A stretch of DNA of 64,000 bases from Planctomycetota bacterium. GTDB taxonomy: Bacteria; Planctomycetota; UBA8108; UBA1146. The notes beneath the pieces are model-generated. The model worked only from the letters and a program-made list of their open reading frames with translations, was not told the origin of the DNA and searched no databases. The stretch is from the NCBI GenBank assembly GCA_036338595.1, contig JAYZBV010000109.1:981-64980 (forward strand), in the 5' to 3' direction. The position numbers and the translations under genes were made by a program. Shown here piece after piece: positions 60,401-64,000 of the stretch (position 1 is its first letter; every line of letters starts with the position of its first letter).

Positions 60401-60507
60401 TCTTCACACTGATCGCAGTGCCACTCTTCTACACTCTCTTCGATGATCTAGGAGAGCAGTTGAAAAAGATGCTGGCGTCAGCTCGAAATAGAGCGACCTC
60501 GAATTAG
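57454..60507 (+). CDS. RND efflux permease (AcrB/MdtC-like), second of two
   Basis: ATG 57454 in an ATGA overlap with the upstream stop. N-terminus SLFERPVMVMMLLLTVIVVG, and VVNNAIVLVDAINRR. The track extension from 57040 is rejected. Confidence 0.9.
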   Translation: MTAPGRRSLFERPVMVMMLLLTVIVVGAISLVSTPLQLFPPGFVDRTITVRIGVRESTPLEVAETIAEPAEELLRTIPGLSRIRSFSSSEGCSISVTISGDSHANEVYADIADRMERLKPSLPEGSDKYRIFRFDLETDVPIVSLGVTSNFDDDIEPLLENIVRPRLEAIEGVARIEIRGLVGKTVSIELDPDEVWAHSIDLGNLISRLQGESVEGSAGTVEDSGRKFVLRLGSRFDDLESLRQFPVTDSLRLGDIAEIGIKFGMRDFVVRLNGRLCNIIDISKESDANTVSVCNSIRKVLDEQISTDPRIAGIEFADFFDQGKVITRSLTSLRDSCAWGGLLAVLILWLFMRKMSSTLIVAGAIPLSLLMAVIVIWAKGGTFNLLSLTGLTIGIGMLIDNAIVVSESIFRCSQGARKPADAISAGVSEVALAVTLATMTTVAVFVPLVFLAGDSNTRMMLGEFGLPVCYSIIASLLVALLFIPVGLRFSSAIANRRAVREWPLIGWYTRTLSRVLDHRLACFWLLLLVLGTSSFPVRWLAVRSAASGPSHRVAVSVEFLDSNSLYDSDQTMEQVRQSYLSIANKWQVADTAAWFQRSGGTLAFFFTPGSQVDTAGFIAELRRNNPRLPGVDIRFSEGMGDQRSDRLRVVIKGPEAKQVAVISDQLEEILSATTGIAEVSTGGESSRTTDEVALEVDRDQAERFGISPTRLSRVVGWMLRGAPLPQAQIDGEDLPVWISYSEDETPTLGDLPGIPISNDRGGTLPLGSVASLSMSRTPPVIRREGREVSLSLALELEKESDLRSIETRIAPILEGLQMPEGYSAAIDGGLSQFQDDLSEMAQAGALAVVLIFALMGVLFESLLLPLSILCSIPFLFSGAFWALWVSGESLSTTGIAGFVILLGIVVNNAIVLVDAINRRREEGSSRREALLEAGRIRLRPILMTASTTICGLLPLVLLPADGMGPSYRPLGIVMLGGLTTSTLFTLIAVPLFYTLFDDLGEQLKKMLASARNRATSN

Positions 60508-60715
60508 CGTCAGATCTCGACCAGTTGAGGTTTGTTCGCTGATTTCACCCGTTACATTCTTCTTTCCCGGTGTGCCGTTGCCAGGTGTGCGCATCGGTGC
60601 CTACAATTTTCTGTGAACCGACAACAATGCTCGAATCGTATTGCCCATCGGTTGCACATGCGAAACGAGAAGAGTGGTCGACGATACGGTACAATCCGAC
60701 CTGTAGGAGGTCCTG

Positions 60716-61357
60716 GTGCGCCCGATACAGCGAGTTCGAGACGAAGATGGAATCCCGGTCAGCCCGGCCAGGGTGCTTCGTGCCTACATGGAGCGATGCT
60801 TCCCGATGTCGGACAATCGAGAGGGGAAGATCTTCTGGGTCAGGCCAACGGAGCGCGCAATCATCACCTGGGACTGCTACCGCATTCCTCGTTCGTTGCG
60901 CCGATCCTTGAAGAAAACCAAGCTCAGATTCACCACGGATGTGGCCTTCGGTGCGGTCATCGAAGCGTGCGCTGCACGCCACGAAACCTGGATTTCGCAC
61001 GACATCGAGCAATTGTTCAGGCAACTCCACAACATCGGTCTCGCCCATTCGGTGGAAGCCTGGGATGAAGCCGGACGTCTGGTCGGGGGTATCTACGGCC
61101 TGGTTGTTGGTGGACTCTTCGCCGGTGAGAGCATGTTTCATCTCGAGACAGGCGCCGGAAAGATGTGCATCGTTGCCCTCATCGAGCATCTACAATCTCT
61201 TGGCTTCAGTGCCCTCGATTGCCAGCAGCAGACGCCTCATATGGAGATGTTCGGGGCGCAGTTGATTCGTGATGATGTCTATTCGATGATGGTGGCCACC
61301 AGCACCCCGCCGGGCGGCTGGGATGAAAGCCGATTCCCAGCACATCCAGGTGTTTGA
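60716..61357 (+). CDS. aat: Leucyl/phenylalanyl-tRNA--protein transferase
   Basis: GTG 60716 with TAGGAGGT upstream. Blocks LRAYMERCFPM, FGAVIEACA, HSVEAWDEAGRLVGGIYGLVVGGLFAGESMF and DCQQQTPH parallel E. coli Aat. Confidence 0.9.
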   Translation: MRPIQRVRDEDGIPVSPARVLRAYMERCFPMSDNREGKIFWVRPTERAIITWDCYRIPRSLRRSLKKTKLRFTTDVAFGAVIEACAARHETWISHDIEQLFRQLHNIGLAHSVEAWDEAGRLVGGIYGLVVGGLFAGESMFHLETGAGKMCIVALIEHLQSLGFSALDCQQQTPHMEMFGAQLIRDDVYSMMVATSTPPGGWDESRFPAHPGV

Positions 61358-61380
61358 GTAGTTTCTACTGCCGTGGTCCT

Positions 61381-62673
61381 CTAGAAGGGCAGACCGTAGG
61401 AGATCGACAGGTTTGCATCTCCCTCGTCTGACCAGCCCAGATCGGTGCGAAAGAGTGCTTGCCGTTCGAGAGTAAAACGCACGCCGATCCCTACTGAGGA
61501 GTGAATCCTGGAGTGCAGCAGATCGCCCAGATCTCCTGCGACGGAACCGGCATCGGCAAACAGTGCCAGCCCTGCACGCTCGACCCGGATTTCACCAGCG
61601 ATGGGGAATCCCTCGGCGATGACCCACGGTCTCCACTCGCCACCCATCGACCATGCACATCGATCGCGAAAGCGACCTCGAATGGTACCGCGCAGTGTGT
61701 TGTCTCCGCCGAGTGTGGGGAGCGCCCAGAAGGGGACATCTCCGGCGGCACTGGAGAGAGCCAGATAACCGGCGACTGAATCGATGGGTGGATGTTCACG
61801 TGCCGGATCTCCACCGACATGAAAAATAGGGGCCACGGGTCGAACCCAGCTGGCCAGCAAAGATGCGACTGCACCGGGTTTTCGAGCATCCACGATGGGA
61901 ATGGCAGTGATCGATGCCCCGATGGAATGCCCCTCGTAAGGAAGATGCTGCGCATCTCGGGTGTCGTGACGGATTCCAGCGCGGACCCACAGTGCATCGA
62001 AATTGTCGCCATCTGCGAACAGGATGGGATGCTGAGTCGCCACATCAAAGGCCCCGGTGACCTTCCCGGAGGCGAGGTCATCGGACTGCAGTGTTGCTTC
62101 GATATTCCAGACCCAGTCGCCTCCCACCTCTGGCCATGAGCGTTGAATCCCGAAACCGATCGAGTTGGATTCACGGGTATAGGAACCTTCGTCCTGCAGA
62201 GTGGTTTGCTCGCCAAGCCCGAAGAAACGCGATGTCAGTGTGCGAGAATGGTTGATAGAGAAACCGATAAAATCACGATCTCCCTGAAGCACGCCTCTTG
62301 GAGGATGGTCGCCATGAGCGAGCCACCGGTGCCATGAAAATGCAAAGCGGTCTTGTCCTTCAGTGGTGGTAGTTGCCCAGATGTTGGCAAATTGACGTCG
62401 GCGCTGATTGAGAAAATCCAGATCCGTGATGGCGAATCCACCGCCAGCTCCCACATCGCCCTCGAAGAAGACCAGAGGTGAGATGAAGGAGGTGATCAGA
62501 ACCCGATCGAAGAGATTCCCATCGGGAATTTTATCTTCAGAAATCCAGCGCCAGCGATCGGGGTGTTCAATTTCTGCGAGCAGGTCAGCGGGTCGAATCG
62601 AGCCAGATGTATCATCCTGATCAGCCTGTGGAAGCACGGAGAGTACCGCAACAAGCAACCAGGCTGTCGACAT
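61381..62673 (-). CDS. Omp85-family outer-membrane beta-barrel without POTRA domains
   Basis: 430 aa with a signal peptide. Bacterial-surface-antigen motif LGGDNTLRGTIRGRFRD...GEWR, and C-terminal SISYGLPF. The N-terminal region is too short for POTRA repeats. Confidence 0.7.
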   Translation of the reverse strand: MSTAWLLVAVLSVLPQADQDDTSGSIRPADLLAEIEHPDRWRWISEDKIPDGNLFDRVLITSFISPLVFFEGDVGAGGGFAITDLDFLNQRRRQFANIWATTTTEGQDRFAFSWHRWLAHGDHPPRGVLQGDRDFIGFSINHSRTLTSRFFGLGEQTTLQDEGSYTRESNSIGFGIQRSWPEVGGDWVWNIEATLQSDDLASGKVTGAFDVATQHPILFADGDNFDALWVRAGIRHDTRDAQHLPYEGHSIGASITAIPIVDARKPGAVASLLASWVRPVAPIFHVGGDPAREHPPIDSVAGYLALSSAAGDVPFWALPTLGGDNTLRGTIRGRFRDRCAWSMGGEWRPWVIAEGFPIAGEIRVERAGLALFADAGSVAGDLGDLLHSRIHSSVGIGVRFTLERQALFRTDLGWSDEGDANLSISYGLPF

Positions 62674-62760
62674 CTAACCTCGATTCCAGATCCATCGCCG
62701 GGGAGTGGCCATCCCGGTCGACCGCTGCACTGTGACACTCCTTGAAATCCCACCAGGGAT

Positions 62761-63108
62761 CTATTCCGAGGAGCCAATTTCCGCTGGAGCCTTCTGCAAG
62801 CGACTGAATTCACTGACGGTGGCGAAGTACAGCTTCACCTCCCGGATTTCATTTTCGGAGAGCGAAGCGCGCCTGCCCATCTTGTCCAGAATTCCCGACC
62901 ACGCTTGCGGCGGGTATTCCGCAGGCCAGTAAGTGCGATGGCACTCGGTGCAATCGAGGATGGCGATCTCGCGACCCGCTTTGAGAGCCGCCAGGTCGAC
63001 CGAGTACGGCACGCAATTCGCCAACTCATCGGCGGTAGGCATCGTCATCTGAGACAGACTGACGCAACCGGTGACCGTGAGTAACACCACGAAAAGCAGG
63101 TTCCGCAT
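62761..63108 (-). CDS. Small lipoprotein with a single CxxCH heme-binding motif (putative c-type cytochrome)
   Basis: ATG 63108 gives MRNLLFVVLLTVTGC, 2 nt after the porin stop. Contains DCTECH, with a candidate axial Met in LDKMG. Confidence 0.55.
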   Translation of the reverse strand: MRNLLFVVLLTVTGCVSLSQMTMPTADELANCVPYSVDLAALKAGREIAILDCTECHRTYWPAEYPPQAWSGILDKMGRRASLSENEIREVKLYFATVSEFSRLQKAPAEIGSSE

Positions 63109-63110
63109 CG

Positions 63111-64000
63111 CTAAAATTCCCATCCGAGGCCAAAGTTGATGAGGGTCGGTAGATCCCCGGGACTTGCATCGTTACGCAACTGAATGTCCCCCTTGACCAC
63201 GACTTGCCGGGTGAGGGACCAGGTGAATCCCAGCGTCACTTCGTCACGCGTGCCGGCATCGTTCTTGACGACCCCTGCGGGAACCTCGAACTGGGTGTCG
63301 ACATCATCATAACGGGCGAACAGCACCAGATCGGATTCACTGAAGCGACCGATTTTCATGCTCTCTGGAAGGATGTGCAAGCCAACTTCGAGGTAGAAGC
63401 CGAAGATGTCGGATGCGACACCGTCAGCGAGTTCAAGAGCGCCGGAGATCTGTTCGTGGGCGACTGCGCCTCTCAGGTCGACGTTGTGAACACTGTATTC
63501 AAAATCAGCCGAGGCCAGCCAGATGCTGCTCTCCACGCCTGGGTTGGTTCCGTGGTTCCCGTTGTCGAGACCCCCGCCGTAACCGGACAGGCCCAGGCGC
63601 AATGTTTGAGCCGCTGGGTTGCCGAGTCGGACGAATGGGAAGAAATCGACGCGTCCCGTGATCGCCGGTTCATTCAGACTCGGACGCTCCTTGATACGAC
63701 CGCCACGGATTCCGTCCTTCGAGGAGAAACCCTCGCCGTCGAGCCCGCCGACGAGATAGATCTGATACTTCAGATCGCTCATCAACTTTCCGAAGAGACC
63801 GATACCATCGGAACTCCAGGTGGTCGGTAGGATGTACTTGTCAAAACTCGGACGCTCGACCCCGTTGAAACTCGGTGGCTCGTGCTTGAGGTTCGTGATA
63901 CCGACAGGCGTCAGCATTCGACCGGCACGAATGTTGAGAGTGTTGCCCGTCAGGAAGTCAAAGTGGAGTTGCTCTATCGACAACTCGCCGTCACCCTCGG
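63111..64000 (-). CDS. Outer-membrane porin (OprO/P-like), 5' end beyond the window
   Basis: The frame stays open to the window edge. Beta-strand alternation and C-terminal FGLGWEF. Confidence 0.65.
   Translation of the reverse strand, partial: EGDGELSIEQLHFDFLTGNTLNIRAGRMLTPVGITNLKHEPPSFNGVERPSFDKYILPTTWSSDGIGLFGKLMSDLKYQIYLVGGLDGEGFSSKDGIRGGRIKERPSLNEPAITGRVDFFPFVRLGNPAAQTLRLGLSGYGGGLDNGNHGTNPGVESSIWLASADFEYSVHNVDLRGAVAHEQISGALELADGVASDIFGFYLEVGLHILPESMKIGRFSESDLVLFARYDDVDTQFEVPAGVVKNDAGTRDEVTLGFTWSLTRQVVVKGDIQLRNDASPGDLPTLINFGLGWEF

Noticed and set aside
61381-64000. The idea that the porin plus CxxCH lipoprotein form a porin-cytochrome extracellular electron conduit.
   Set aside because: Known conduits use periplasmic and extracellular multiheme cytochromes. 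Only one heme motif is present here, so the observation is kept only as a low-confidence hypothesis in the findings.
1-64000. A search by eye for CRISPR arrays, IS elements or inverted terminal repeats, integrases, tRNA/rRNA genes, and restriction or defence-type nucleases.
   Set aside because: I found none. All long ORFs are accounted for by the features listed, and the intergenic regions are short and non-repetitive. A covariance-model or tRNAscan run could still find small RNAs that I cannot see.

Overview
Gene-dense chromosomal segment with about 52 protein-coding genes, one cis-regulatory RNA and one gene relic. I saw no rRNA, tRNA, CRISPR array, transposase, integrase or phage genes. 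Housekeeping anchors are a pilT-family ATPase, rnc, mfd, thiC behind a TPP riboswitch, clpS, aat and rarD. The rest is envelope, secreted and accessory functions: lectin-like and FG-GAP/ASPIC proteins with dockerin-like tails, a tandem amidohydrolase pair, an ArnT/PMT-like glycosyltransferase, a Cys-type sulfatase, a double DUF1080 protein, several SAM methyltransferases, a sensor nucleotidyl cyclase, a Bat-type MoxR/DUF58/VWA operon, a tandem-permease RND efflux operon, porins and a POTRA-less Omp85. This gene content suggests a PVC-superphylum (Planctomycetota-like) aquatic heterotroph, but that is inference only. Many track ORFs are antisense shadows or carry false N-terminal extensions. 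I re-picked starts using signal peptides, GGAGG-like motifs and the frequent 1-4 nt stop/start overlaps (ATGA, GTGA, TTGA, TGATG). Candidates for something undescribed, none provable by eye: (1) a Bat-like operon extended by a GNAT, a porin, a 1314-aa CxxCH protein and a coupled M14 lipoprotein; (2) clpS translationally coupled to a sensor cyclase, followed on the same strand by a methyltransferase, a DUF2017-like protein, two TM2 proteins and an FkbM methyltransferase; (3) a divergent four-gene set of UbiA-like prenyltransferase, two methyltransferases and a TauD-type dioxygenase; (4) a porin / monoheme lipoprotein / barrel-only Omp85 string. All family calls rest on motifs read from the translations and need HMM and structure confirmation.
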